A stretch of DNA of 64,000 bases, taken from an uncultured Chloroflexia bacterium (GTDB lineage Bacteria > Chloroflexota > Limnocylindria > Limnocylindrales > CSP1-4). Every line of letters begins with the position of its first letter. The first letter of the stretch is position 1. Where the stretch lies: the NCBI GenBank assembly GCA_963713975.1, contig OY970218.1:3520001-3584000 (forward strand), written 5' to 3'. Shown piece after piece: positions 49,130 to 58,388 of the stretch. The position numbers and the translations under genes are program-made. The notes below the pieces were generated by a model that saw nothing but the letters and a program-made list of their open reading frames with translations, was not told where the DNA came from and did no database searches.

Positions 49130-50450
49130 CGTCGTCGTCATCGGTGCCGGGCTCGCCGGGATGGTCGCCGCGACACGGCTCGCCGAGGCGGGCGCAGTGG
49201 TGACGCTGGTCGCCAAGGGCCACGCGAGCACCCACTGGGGCTCGGGCGGGCTGGACGTCGCGGCGCCGACCGGTGCAGCCACCACGGCCGACGGGGTCGC
49301 GCGCCTCGCGAGGCTCGAGCACCCGTACGCGTTCCTGGCTCCGGACGTCGCGCCGTCCGTCGGCTGGCTCCTCGATCGGCTGGAGGCAGGGGGGCTCCCC
49401 TACTCAGGAACGCTCGACACGCCCATCCGGCGCGTGCCCACGGCCATCGGCGGCACGCGGCGCGTCGCGATCGTGCCCGAGGCCCAGGCCGCGGCGCAGC
49501 GGGCATGGCAGGGGGACGAGGTCCTGGTGGTCGCCGGCCCAACCGGGTTCAAGGACTTCTGGCCGGCCGCGATCGCGGGCAGCCTGGGTCGTGAGGCCGT
49601 GTGGCACGGCGCGGACCGGCCGGACCGGCTGGTGGGCGTGGCCGTGGACCTGCCCGGTCTCTCGGAGCGGAACAACCTGAACGCGCTCCTGCTGGCGGGC
49701 CGATTCGATGACCCGTCCCGGTGGTCGGACGACATCGGCCGGATCGCCAAGGCAGTCGAGCGGGCCGCCGGGGGTCGGCCGGGGCGCGTCGCCCTGCCCG
49801 CGATCTTCGGCCTGAGCCGGCACACGGAGATCTGGGCCGAGCTCCGGGCGCGGCTGTCCCTCGAGCCGTTCGAGGTTCCGCTGGTGCCCCCCAGCATCCC
49901 GGGCATCCGCCTGTGGCGGCTGCTCCGCGAGCACCTCCGAGCGGCCGGCGGTCGCATCCAGGTGGGTGAGGCCGTGGCGAGGATCCACGTCGAGGCAGGT
50001 CGAGTGACCGCGGTGGAGATGGAGGCCGCCACCCGGACCCACCTGATCCGCACCGAGGCCATCGTCCTGGCAACGGGCGGCATCGCCGGGGGCGGGCTCG
50101 TTGCCCACGGCGACGGCCGCCTGGCCGAACCCCTGCTCGACCTGCGCGTCGACGCCCCCGAGCACGACCTGTGGCTGGTCAAGGACGCCCTGGACCCGGC
50201 GGGCCACCCGATCGAGGCGGCGGGCGTGCCGACGGATCCCGGCCTCCGGCCGCTCGGCCCCGCACACCAGGTCTCGCACGCCAACGTGCTCGTCGCCGGT
50301 GCGCTCCTCGCCCGACAGCGCGCCCTGCGGGAGCGCTGCGGGGACGGCGTGGCCGTCGCATCGGGCTGGCGCGCCGCCAACCAGTTGGCCGCCGGCGCCA
50401 CCCGCCATCCTGTCGGCCGCGAGCCGGTGACCCCGAGGTTCGAGCAGTGA
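49116..50450 (+). CDS. glpB: Anaerobic glycerol-3-phosphate dehydrogenase subunit B
   Basis: VIGAGLAG, PTAIG..R, PPSIPGIRL, LATGG..GGGL and CGDGVAVASG. Lies between glpA and glpC. Confidence 0.9.
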   Translation: MPHADVVVIGAGLAGMVAATRLAEAGAVVTLVAKGHASTHWGSGGLDVAAPTGAATTADGVARLARLEHPYAFLAPDVAPSVGWLLDRLEAGGLPYSGTLDTPIRRVPTAIGGTRRVAIVPEAQAAAQRAWQGDEVLVVAGPTGFKDFWPAAIAGSLGREAVWHGADRPDRLVGVAVDLPGLSERNNLNALLLAGRFDDPSRWSDDIGRIAKAVERAAGGRPGRVALPAIFGLSRHTEIWAELRARLSLEPFEVPLVPPSIPGIRLWRLLREHLRAAGGRIQVGEAVARIHVEAGRVTAVEMEAATRTHLIRTEAIVLATGGIAGGGLVAHGDGRLAEPLLDLRVDAPEHDLWLVKDALDPAGHPIEAAGVPTDPGLRPLGPAHQVSHANVLVAGALLARQRALRERCGDGVAVASGWRAANQLAAGATRHPVGREPVTPRFEQ

Positions 50451-51784
50451 GCATCGCCGACGTCGTCCGGGAGGCGGCCGCAGACCGGCCCGTGTCGTCC
50501 ACCGCCGACGAGTGCCTCAAGTGCAACGTCTGCAACACGGTCTGCCCGGTGATGCGGGTCACGGACCTGTTCGCCGGCCCCAAGTACGAGGGCCCGCAGG
50601 CGCAGCGCCTACGCATGGCCGCCGGGCAGGTGATCCAGGGGCCGCACTCGAGCAATCCGCGCTCCCCCGACCACTCGGTGGACTACTGCTCCGGCTGCGG
50701 CTGGTGCACGACCGCGTGTCCGGCGGGCGTGAAGATCGCCGAGATGAACAACCAGGCCCGCGGGCGGCTCCGCGAGGGCAAGCGGCCCAGGCTTCGTGAC
50801 TGGACCCTCGGCCAGACCGACCTCACGGGGTCGATGGGCGTGCTCTTCTCGCCGCTCGCCAACTTCGCCTTCCACAACCGCGTCGTGCGGGCGGTGGTCG
50901 AGGTCGGCTTCGGCGTCCACCGCAAGGCGCCGTTCCCCCGGTTCGCGAAACGCACCTTCGCCTCGACCTGGAAGAAGCGCCAGGCCAGGAGCGGCGACGG
51001 GGGAAGGCCGAAGGGCCGGCCGGGTCCGGACGCGGCCATCGTCTATTTCCATGGCTGCTCGGCCAACTACTACGAGCCGCACGTGGCCGAGGCCGCGATC
51101 TGGGTGCTCAAGCGGAACGGCTTCGAGACGATCGTCCCCGAGCAGGTCTGCTGCGGACTGCCGCTGATCAGCAACGGGCTCTACGACGACGCTCGCGAGC
51201 GTGCGTGCACGAACACGAAGGTGCTCGCCGAGTACGCCCGGGCCGGCTACCGGATCATCGGCACCTCCACCTCCTGCACCCACACGCTCAAGGCCGAGTA
51301 CGAGGAGATGCTCGACATGCGCGACGACGATACCCGCGCCGTCGCCCATGCCACCTGGGACATCTGCGAGTTCCTGCTGCACCTGCACGAGGAAGGGCGC
51401 CTCGACACCGGCTTCGGCCGCCTGGACGAGGACCTCGCCTACCACGCCCCGTGCCAGCTCCGGAGCCACGGCATCGGGCTGCCGGCGCTCGATCTGTTCG
51501 CCCTCGTCCCGGGGCTGCGGGCCGTGGACATGGACCACGACTGCTGCGGCATGGCGGGCACGTATGGCCTCAAGCGCGAGAAGTACGACATCGCGGCCAG
51601 GGTCGGCGAGCCGCTCTTCCGTAAGGTCAGGGAATCGGGCGCCAGCGAGGCGGCCTGCGACTCCGAGACCTGCCGCTGGCAGATCGAGACGGCGACCGGG
51701 GTCCGGACCCGTCACCCGGTCGAGATCCTGCGGGACGCCTACCGGTCCGCGGACGAGGCGACGGCACCCGCCACAGCGGGTTGA
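50447..51784 (+). CDS. glpC: Anaerobic glycerol-3-phosphate dehydrogenase subunit C
   Basis: CLKCNVCNTVCP and CSGCGWCTTACP ferredoxin motifs and two CCG domains (VCCGLP, DCCGMAGTYG). GTG overlaps the glpB stop. Confidence 0.92.
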   Translation: MSIADVVREAAADRPVSSTADECLKCNVCNTVCPVMRVTDLFAGPKYEGPQAQRLRMAAGQVIQGPHSSNPRSPDHSVDYCSGCGWCTTACPAGVKIAEMNNQARGRLREGKRPRLRDWTLGQTDLTGSMGVLFSPLANFAFHNRVVRAVVEVGFGVHRKAPFPRFAKRTFASTWKKRQARSGDGGRPKGRPGPDAAIVYFHGCSANYYEPHVAEAAIWVLKRNGFETIVPEQVCCGLPLISNGLYDDARERACTNTKVLAEYARAGYRIIGTSTSCTHTLKAEYEEMLDMRDDDTRAVAHATWDICEFLLHLHEEGRLDTGFGRLDEDLAYHAPCQLRSHGIGLPALDLFALVPGLRAVDMDHDCCGMAGTYGLKREKYDIAARVGEPLFRKVRESGASEAACDSETCRWQIETATGVRTRHPVEILRDAYRSADEATAPATAG

Positions 51785-51885
51785 GGGTTCGGACGGCCCA
51801 TCAAGGTCACCTTCCGGGCCCCGAGGACGGTCGGATCGACACTCGACACGAGTGCGGTCGGGGCGCGAACCTTGTCTCGATTGCG

Positions 51886-53073
51886 ATGGAGTCAAGCAGC
51901 GCTCCTCAGGTGGTGATCGTCGGTGGCGGTGGCACAGGCGGTGCTCTCGCCCACGACCTCACGCTCCGTGGACTCAGGGTCGTGCTCGTAGAGCGCCACG
52001 GGCTGACGTCCGGGACCACGGGGCGCCACCATGGACTGTTCCATTCGGGCGCCAGGTACGCGGTCAACGACCCCGAATCCGCCGCCGAGTGCATCCGCGA
52101 GAACCGCATCCTCCGTCGGATCTGTCCCGGCTCGTTCGAGCTCAACGACGGCCTGTTCGTTGCGCTCGACGAAGAGGACTTGGACTTCCGCGAACGGTTC
52201 ATGCCCGCCTGCGAGGCCTCCGGCATCCCCGTCCGCTGGCTGACCGCCGCCGAGGCACTGCGCCTCGAGCCCAACCTCGACCCCGGACTCCTGGGCGCCG
52301 CCCAGGTTCCCGATGGGACCATGGATGCGATGCGCCTGCCGCTGCGCTTCTTTGCGACCGCCCTGGCCAACGGCGCCGCCATCAACCCGTACACCGAGGT
52401 CACGGGCCTGAATGGCTCCTCCGGTTGCGTGACGGGCGTCCGGGTCCTGGACCGGATGACGGGTCGGGCCTATGCCATCGGCGCCGATGTCGTCGTCAAT
52501 GCCGCTGGCCCGTGGGGCGGCCAGGTCGGACGGATGGCCGGTGTCGACGTGCCGGTGCGGCCGTCGCCGGGCGTACTCGTGGCGATGTGCGGCCGCCACA
52601 GCGAGATGGTCGTGAGCCGCCTGCACGCATCGTCAGACGGCGACATCGTGGTGCCCCAGCGGGCACTCTCGATCATCGGGACCAGCTCCTGGCTGGCGGA
52701 GGACCCGGACGAGCTCGACGTACCCGAGGATCACGTCCAGCGGATGCTCACGGAAGGTGCCCGGCTCCTCCCGTCGCTGCGGGGAGCGGAGATGCGGGCC
52801 GCGTGGTCGGCGGCGCGGCCGCTGGTCGGCGATCGCGGCGGGGAGACCGGGCGCGAGCTGAGCCGCACCTTCAAGTGCTTCGACCACGCGGCGGACGACG
52901 GCGTCGAGGGCTTCGTCACGATCTCCGGCGGCAAGGGGACGACCCTGCGCGGCATGGCGGAGCTCACGGCGGACGTCGTCTGCCGCAAGCTGGGGATCGA
53001 AACCCCGTGCCGCACGGCGGAGACGGTCCTGCTGCCCCACACCGCCTTCCATCGCGTCCCGGTGGCGGCCTGA
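51886..53073 (+). CDS. Second, short GlpA-like FAD-dependent dehydrogenase (no C-terminal BFD domain)
   Basis: VGGGGTG, GTTGRHHGLFHSGARYAV.D.ESA.ECI.EN, NAAGPW, WSAARPL and GGKGTT.R.MAE. It ends right after PCRTAE. Start uncertain. Confidence 0.88.
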   Translation: MESSSAPQVVIVGGGGTGGALAHDLTLRGLRVVLVERHGLTSGTTGRHHGLFHSGARYAVNDPESAAECIRENRILRRICPGSFELNDGLFVALDEEDLDFRERFMPACEASGIPVRWLTAAEALRLEPNLDPGLLGAAQVPDGTMDAMRLPLRFFATALANGAAINPYTEVTGLNGSSGCVTGVRVLDRMTGRAYAIGADVVVNAAGPWGGQVGRMAGVDVPVRPSPGVLVAMCGRHSEMVVSRLHASSDGDIVVPQRALSIIGTSSWLAEDPDELDVPEDHVQRMLTEGARLLPSLRGAEMRAAWSAARPLVGDRGGETGRELSRTFKCFDHAADDGVEGFVTISGGKGTTLRGMAELTADVVCRKLGIETPCRTAETVLLPHTAFHRVPVAA

Positions 53074-53074
53074 C

Positions 53075-53863
53075 ATGACGACCCTGCTCGATCGGTCGGC
53101 CGAGGCGCCCGAGGCGGCGCCCGTGCCGTCCCGCCCGTTCCGGATCCTGCGCCACCACCGGGGCCGGGAGCCTCGCTGGGACCACTACCGGGCGCCCGTG
53201 ACGTCCGCACGGACGACGGTCCTGGATGCCCTGACCTGGATCCGTGCCCACCTGGATCCGACCCTGGATGTCCGCCACTCGTGCTTCCACGCCTCGTGCG
53301 GGACATGCGGCATGCGCGTCAACGGCCGCGACGTGCTCGCCTGTGTCACGCGGCTGGCCGACCTCGGCCCGGGCGAGGTGACCGTCGAGCCGCTGCTCAA
53401 CCAGCCGATCGTGAGCGACCTGGTCGTGGACATCGAGGCACTCTACGAAGCGTTTGACGGAGTGGGCCTGCCGCTCGTCCGCCGGTCCGAGGCCATGGGC
53501 GGCTCGCGCCCGGCTGATGGCGTGGACCACCTGACCCGATTCGAGGACTGCATCGAGTGCGGGCTGTGCGTGTCGGCCTGCCCGATCGAGGCCAGCGACG
53601 CCGCCTACGTCGGCCCCGGCGTGCTCGCGGCCGCCTGGAGGGTCATCGACGAGCCCCGTGACGCAGATCCGGCGCGAGCCTTCGCGCTCGTCGACGGCGA
53701 CCAGGGCGCGTGGCGCTGCCACCTGGCCTTCGAGTGCAGCGAGGCGTGCCCGTCGGGTGCGCTGCCAGCCGAACAGATCATGCACCTTCGGCGCGGGCTC
53801 CTGCGCCACCGCCTCCGGGCGGTGTTCGGACGCGCGGCCGGAGGTGACGGGAGGGCGTCGTGA
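53075..53863 (+). CDS. SdhB/FrdB-like iron-sulfur subunit
   Basis: TVLDAL..I, SCFHASCGTCGMRVNG..VLAC ([2Fe-2S]), CIECGLCVSACP ([4Fe-4S]) and CHLAFECSEACP ([3Fe-4S]). Confidence 0.92.
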   Translation: MTTLLDRSAEAPEAAPVPSRPFRILRHHRGREPRWDHYRAPVTSARTTVLDALTWIRAHLDPTLDVRHSCFHASCGTCGMRVNGRDVLACVTRLADLGPGEVTVEPLLNQPIVSDLVVDIEALYEAFDGVGLPLVRRSEAMGGSRPADGVDHLTRFEDCIECGLCVSACPIEASDAAYVGPGVLAAAWRVIDEPRDADPARAFALVDGDQGAWRCHLAFECSEACPSGALPAEQIMHLRRGLLRHRLRAVFGRAAGGDGRAS

Positions 53864-54270
53864 TGGACCGCGTCGAAGGGCGACGGGCGGACGCGCCACG
53901 GAGGCGCGGCATCGCCGGCTGGTTCGATCCGCGCCACCGGCATCTCGGCGAATGGGCGTTCGCCCTCAACCGCCTGTCGGGACTGGGCGTGCTGCTCTAC
54001 CTGTACCTGCACCTCGTGATCCTGTCGCTGCTTGCGCGCGGCCCGGATGAGTGGGACGCCTTCGTCGGCATCGCGACGAGCCCGGCGATCCTCGTCTTCG
54101 ATGTGGTGCTGCTTGCCGGGCTGCTCATCCACGGCTTCAACGGCGTCCGCCTCACCCTGCTGGGCTCCGGGCTGGTGGTCGGCCGCCAGAAGGCGCTCTA
54201 TGTGGCGCTGATGGTGATCGCCGGGGTCGTGCTGCTGACCGGTGCCATCCGGATCTTCGAGGTGGCCTGA
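53860..54270 (+). CDS. SdhC-like cytochrome b membrane anchor
   Basis: WAFALNRLSG...YLYLHL...LIHGFNGVR with three hydrophobic helices. Confidence 0.88.
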   Translation: MMDRVEGRRADAPRRRGIAGWFDPRHRHLGEWAFALNRLSGLGVLLYLYLHLVILSLLARGPDEWDAFVGIATSPAILVFDVVLLAGLLIHGFNGVRLTLLGSGLVVGRQKALYVALMVIAGVVLLTGAIRIFEVA

Positions 54271-54271
54271 C

Positions 54272-54655
54272 ATGGCCGTGACGTGGACCCCGGAAGCCGC
54301 CGAGCGCATCCGAGCCGAACGGGACTGGGCATGGGTCATCCAGGCCGCGACGGGGGCCGCGGTGCTGGTCCTGGTCACGGTCCACATGATCGCGAACCAC
54401 TTCATCCTGCCCGATGGGCTGCGGGGCTTCGCGGAGGTCGTGGCCTACCTGTCCAACCCGGTGATCGTCGCTCTTGAGCTCACCTTCCTCGTGACGGTGA
54501 CTTGGCACGCGCTGCTGGGTGTCCGGGCCGTGCTGTTCGACTTCGGGTTCTCGTCGCGGGCCGAGATCCGGATCACGCGCCTGTTGGCCGTCGTCGGCGT
54601 GCTCACGGTCGGGTATGGTCTCTGGCTCACGGCGGTGATCACCGGCCAGGGCTGA
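54272..54655 (+). CDS. SdhD-like hydrophobic membrane anchor
   Basis: W.W.IQAATG...VTVHM...TWHALLGVRAVLFD with three hydrophobic helices. Confidence 0.85.
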   Translation: MAVTWTPEAAERIRAERDWAWVIQAATGAAVLVLVTVHMIANHFILPDGLRGFAEVVAYLSNPVIVALELTFLVTVTWHALLGVRAVLFDFGFSSRAEIRITRLLAVVGVLTVGYGLWLTAVITGQG

Positions 54656-54683
54656 TCGCCGCTCGACCCTCAGGAGGAGCGAC

Positions 54684-55754
54684 GTGCCCGAAGCGCCCGA
54701 AGCGCCAGCACCGCTGCGGGTGGTGGTGATCGGGTCCGGCGCCGTGGGCTCGTTCCTGGGGGGCTCGCTGGCTGCCGCTGGTCACGCCGTGACCCTGCTG
54801 GGCCGGCGGCCGGCCACGGGTGCCGATGCCGGGCTGCTGCTCCTCGAGGGCCCGGACGAGACGCGCCGGGTGCCCGTCCAGCAGACACATGACGCGGCGG
54901 AGGCGGACGTCCCGCAGCTCGCCATCGCTGCCGTCAAGATGTTCGATCTCGAGGAGGCGCTGGCAACGGCGGCCCGCTGGCCGGACGCCGTGATCATGAC
55001 CGTCCAGAACGGCGTGGGCGCCGAGGAGGTCGCGCGGGCGGCCCGGACGTCACCCCTGATCGCCGCTTCCCTCACCACGGCCGTGGAGCCCGTCCCGGGC
55101 GGCGTGCGACGGCTGCGCACCGGGGGCATTGGCGTGGCCGCGGTACCCGGCGACGGCACCGCCGCCGCGGGTGCGACGGCCCGGCGTCTCGCGGAGTCCC
55201 TGGCCGCGGCCGGCCTGCCGGCGCGCGTCTACCCCGATGCCGCCGCGATGAAGTGGTCCAAGCTCCTCGCGAACCTCGTCGGCAACGCGACGAGCGCCAT
55301 CCTGGACATGAGCCCGGGCGAGATCTACGCGGACCGCCGCCTCTACCCCATCGAGCGGCGCCAGCTCCAGGAGGCGGCAGCGGTGATGCGGGCCCTCGGC
55401 CTGGAGACGGTGGCACTGCCCGGGGCGCACGTGCAGCTGCTGCTGAGGGGCCTGGCTCTGCCAGCGGCGATCGGCCGCCCCGTGATCGCCCGGGCGATCG
55501 CCGGCGCCCGGGGCGGCAAGTCCCCATCCCTCCGCCTGCATGTCAGGGGTGGCGGCAGCGGCCCGACCGAGGCGCGCTGGCTCAACGGCGCAGTCGCAAC
55601 CGCGGGCATCCGGACCGGCGTGCCAGCACCCGTCAATGCCTGCCTGGCCGCGCTCGTGGACGAGGTGGCGGCGGACCCTGGACGCGCTGCGTGGTTCGCC
55701 GGCAGGCCGGACCGGCTCGCGGACGCCGTGGCCGCGTGGCCGACACGCCCGTAA
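54684..55754 (+). CDS. panE: Ketopantoate reductase (PanE/ApbA) family protein
   Basis: VIGSGAVG, AVK, QNGVG.EE, KWSKLL.N, KSPSL, TEARWLNGAV and PAPVN. Confidence 0.8.
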   Translation: MPEAPEAPAPLRVVVIGSGAVGSFLGGSLAAAGHAVTLLGRRPATGADAGLLLLEGPDETRRVPVQQTHDAAEADVPQLAIAAVKMFDLEEALATAARWPDAVIMTVQNGVGAEEVARAARTSPLIAASLTTAVEPVPGGVRRLRTGGIGVAAVPGDGTAAAGATARRLAESLAAAGLPARVYPDAAAMKWSKLLANLVGNATSAILDMSPGEIYADRRLYPIERRQLQEAAAVMRALGLETVALPGAHVQLLLRGLALPAAIGRPVIARAIAGARGGKSPSLRLHVRGGGSGPTEARWLNGAVATAGIRTGVPAPVNACLAALVDEVAADPGRAAWFAGRPDRLADAVAAWPTRP

Positions 55755-55783
55755 CGAACGCCCCGGGCCTATACTCCGCCTCC

Positions 55784-56413
55784 GTGGAACCCTTCGACCT
55801 CCTGCGCGCCGTCCTCATCGTGGCCGCCGCCTACCTGATCGGTGGCATCCCCTGGGGCGTCATCGTCGCCAAGGTCACGGGGGGGCCGGATCCGCGCAGC
55901 ATGGGCAGCGGCCGGACAGGCGGCGCCAACACGATGCGGGCCCTCGGGCCGCGCCTGGCCCTCGTCTCGGGGCTGCTCGACATGCTCAAAGGCACGGTCG
56001 CGGTGCTCCTGGCGCAGGCGCTCGGTGGCGGCGTGGGCGTCGAGGTCGCGGCGGCTCTGGCGGCGATCGTCGGCCACAGCCGCTCCCCGTTCCTGGGCTT
56101 CGGGGGTGGACGCGGCGTCGCGCCAGCCTTCGGCGGGCTCCTGGCCTTCCAGCCGCTCATCGCCCTGGCCATCATCCCGCTCTTCGCCGGGGTGATCCTG
56201 GTCACCCGCTACTCGTCGCTGGGCTCGCTGGCCGGCTCAGCCGCGGCAGGGATCCTGCTGGTCATCGCGACCGTGACCGTCCCCCTGGACCCGTGGATGT
56301 ACGTCTACGCGGTGGGCGGCACCGGGCTCGTCTGGCTGTTCCACATGGACAACATCCACCGGCTCCTCAACGGCCAGGAGCGCAAGCTCGGGTCCCCGCG
56401 ACCCGAGGAGTGA
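55784..56413 (+). CDS. plsY: Glycerol-3-phosphate acyltransferase PlsY
   Basis: AYLIGGIP.G, DPRSMGSG.TGGAN..R, DMLKG, GHS.SPFL.F.GGRGVA, YSSLGS and H..NI.RL..G.E. TATACT lies 8 nt upstream (leaderless). Confidence 0.93.
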   Translation: MEPFDLLRAVLIVAAAYLIGGIPWGVIVAKVTGGPDPRSMGSGRTGGANTMRALGPRLALVSGLLDMLKGTVAVLLAQALGGGVGVEVAAALAAIVGHSRSPFLGFGGGRGVAPAFGGLLAFQPLIALAIIPLFAGVILVTRYSSLGSLAGSAAAGILLVIATVTVPLDPWMYVYAVGGTGLVWLFHMDNIHRLLNGQERKLGSPRPEE

Positions 56414-56448
56414 CCCGGGAAGTCGCCCGGACCTCGAGGCCGTCACCC

Positions 56449-56733
56449 TCAGTCGGGGATCGCCTCGCCCATCCCGCCGTCGACGAACCCCTCGAGGGTC
56501 TCGATGGCGGTGTCCTCGTCCTCGCCCTCCGCCACCAGCCGGATCCGGTGGCCCTTCGCCACCCCGCTGCCCATCACCATCAGGATCGACTTGGCATCCA
56601 CCGGTGCCGAACCCCGCTCGAGGTTCTCGAGGGTGATCCTGGAGGTGAACGACGCCGCGGTCCTGACGAACATGGCGGCCGGACGCGCATGCAGGCCGCT
56701 GGGGTTGAGAACGGTCCGTTCGGTGCTCCGCAT
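56449..56733 (-). CDS. ptsH: Phosphocarrier protein HPr
   Basis: NPSGLHARPAA (His15 motif), VDAKSIL (Ser46 motif) and AEGEDE. ATG 56733 with TACCCT 6 nt upstream. Confidence 0.93.
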   Translation of the reverse strand: MRSTERTVLNPSGLHARPAAMFVRTAASFTSRITLENLERGSAPVDAKSILMVMGSGVAKGHRIRLVAEGEDEDTAIETLEGFVDGGMGEAIPD

Positions 56734-56765
56734 GTCCGCAGGGTACCCGACGCGTGTCCTCCTGA

Positions 56766-57950
56766 TCAGGCGTCGGGCAGGGTGGCGGCCATCACCCGCA
56801 GCACGTTCTCGCCCATCACCGCGCGGATCGCGGCGTCCTCCAGGCCCGCGGCCAGCAGCGCGTCCGTGAGCCAGACCACGTTGGCCGCGTCGAAGGGGAC
56901 GGCCACCGCGCCGTCCCAGTCCGAGCCCAGGGCGACGTGCTCCACGCCCACGCGCTCCACGGCGTAGGCGATCGAGCGCGCGATGGCAGCCGCGTCCGGA
57001 CCGCCGCTCGCCGTCTCCCAGAAGCCGATCCCCACCAGGCCGCCGGTCGCGGCGATCCCCTCGAGGTGCTCGTCGGAGAGATTGCGGGCGTTGTCGCAGA
57101 TCCCTCGGACACCGGTGTGCGACGCGACAACCGGCCGGCTGGAGATCGCCAGGGCGTCGTCGATGGTCCGTGCCGAGCTGTGCGCGACGTCGAGGACCAC
57201 GCCCCGGGCCTCCATCCGGTGGATCATCTCGCGCCCGGCGCCCGTGAGGCCGTGCTGCTCCACGCCATGGGCAGAGCCACCGAACGCCGTGTCGAAGAAA
57301 TGGGCGGGCGAGATCATCCGGATCCCCGCATCGGCGACGACATCCACGTTGGCCGGGTCGCCGTCGAGCGCGTGGGCGCCCTCGATCGACAGCATGCCGG
57401 CGGTGATCGCCTCGTTGCCCGCGCGGTCGGCCAGGTAGGCCGCCAGCTCCGCCCGCGTCCCGATGATCCGGAAGGCGCCGTCGGACGCCGCCGCAAACCG
57501 TCGGGCGCTTGCCGCCAGGTGCAGGACACGTGGCATCAGGCGGCGCCACGTCGCCGGCGGCCAACGCTTGGCCAGGGCGAGCCTGATCACGTCGTCCGAG
57601 GTGTCCTCGTTGCGATCGATGTTGAGGCCGCGCGGCGTCTTGACTGCCATCGAGAATACCTGGAGCGCCACCCGGCCCTCGATCATCCGCGGCACGTCCA
57701 CGTGGCCGCGGTCGCTGCGACGCAGCAGGTCACGACCGAACAAGAGGGAATCCGCGTGGAGGTCCGCGACGCGCAGGGTCGCGTGGAGCTTGCGCGCACG
57801 ATCACCGACCGGCCCGGAGGGTTCGGGCCCCACGGGGTTCATCTGCGCCTCGGTACGGGCCACCAGGGCGTCCAGTGCCGGCCGTGCGGCGACCAGGGCA
57901 CCTGCGACCGCCACGCCGGTGGCCAGGGCCGCGACCCGCCGGCCGCTCAT
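56766..57950 (-). CDS. Membrane dipeptidase (peptidase M19) with N-terminal signal/anchor
   Basis: VADLHADS, GHVDVPRM, SIEGAH, LDVAH, ASHTG and HVALGSDWDG. Confidence 0.9.
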   Translation of the reverse strand: MSGRRVAALATGVAVAGALVAARPALDALVARTEAQMNPVGPEPSGPVGDRARKLHATLRVADLHADSLLFGRDLLRRSDRGHVDVPRMIEGRVALQVFSMAVKTPRGLNIDRNEDTSDDVIRLALAKRWPPATWRRLMPRVLHLAASARRFAAASDGAFRIIGTRAELAAYLADRAGNEAITAGMLSIEGAHALDGDPANVDVVADAGIRMISPAHFFDTAFGGSAHGVEQHGLTGAGREMIHRMEARGVVLDVAHSSARTIDDALAISSRPVVASHTGVRGICDNARNLSDEHLEGIAATGGLVGIGFWETASGGPDAAAIARSIAYAVERVGVEHVALGSDWDGAVAVPFDAANVVWLTDALLAAGLEDAAIRAVMGENVLRVMAATLPDA

Positions 57951-58372
57951 GCGCCGAAGGCCCGGCCGCGGGTGGGGCGGATCCGCAGCGGCACGTTGTA
58001 GATCGTCGCCATCTCCTCGGCCGACGTGAGGTAGTCGGTGATCCACGCTCCGTACTTGGCGAGGTACGCAGCGTGGTCGGGGACCTGCGGCGTCGCCTGG
58101 TCCACGCGCGCCTCGCCCTCGATGACGACGACGTCGCCACCCTTCCCGTCGTCGTTGAGGTGGAGGGTGACCCGCGGATTGTGGGTGATGTTCAGGTTCC
58201 GCTTGGCGCGCTTGTCCGAGAAGACCAGCGCCTCGCCGTCCTCCCACAGGAACCAGATCGGGAAGGTCTGGGGCTGGCCATCGGGCGTGACGGTCGTCAG
58301 CCAGCCGATCATGTCCGTCCGGAGGCGCGCGAGCGCGTGCGCGTCCGCTTCGGAGCCGGAGTCGAAGACCAT
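57947..58372 (-). CDS. PPOX-class F420-dependent oxidoreductase family protein
   Basis: IGWLTTV.PDGQPQ..PIWF.W...K..NI..NPRV.L...G.DVVVIEG.A...Y..KY. Confidence 0.85.
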   Translation of the reverse strand: MVFDSGSEADAHALARLRTDMIGWLTTVTPDGQPQTFPIWFLWEDGEALVFSDKRAKRNLNITHNPRVTLHLNDDGKGGDVVVIEGEARVDQATPQVPDHAAYLAKYGAWITDYLTSAEEMATIYNVPLRIRPTRGRAFGA

Positions 58373-58388
58373 CGGGTATCCCTCCACG

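Noticed and set aside
51886-53073. sdhA or a truncated glpA pseudogene
   Set aside because: It lacks SdhA motifs and carries GlpA motifs. The frame is intact, ends at a domain boundary and abuts the next gene.
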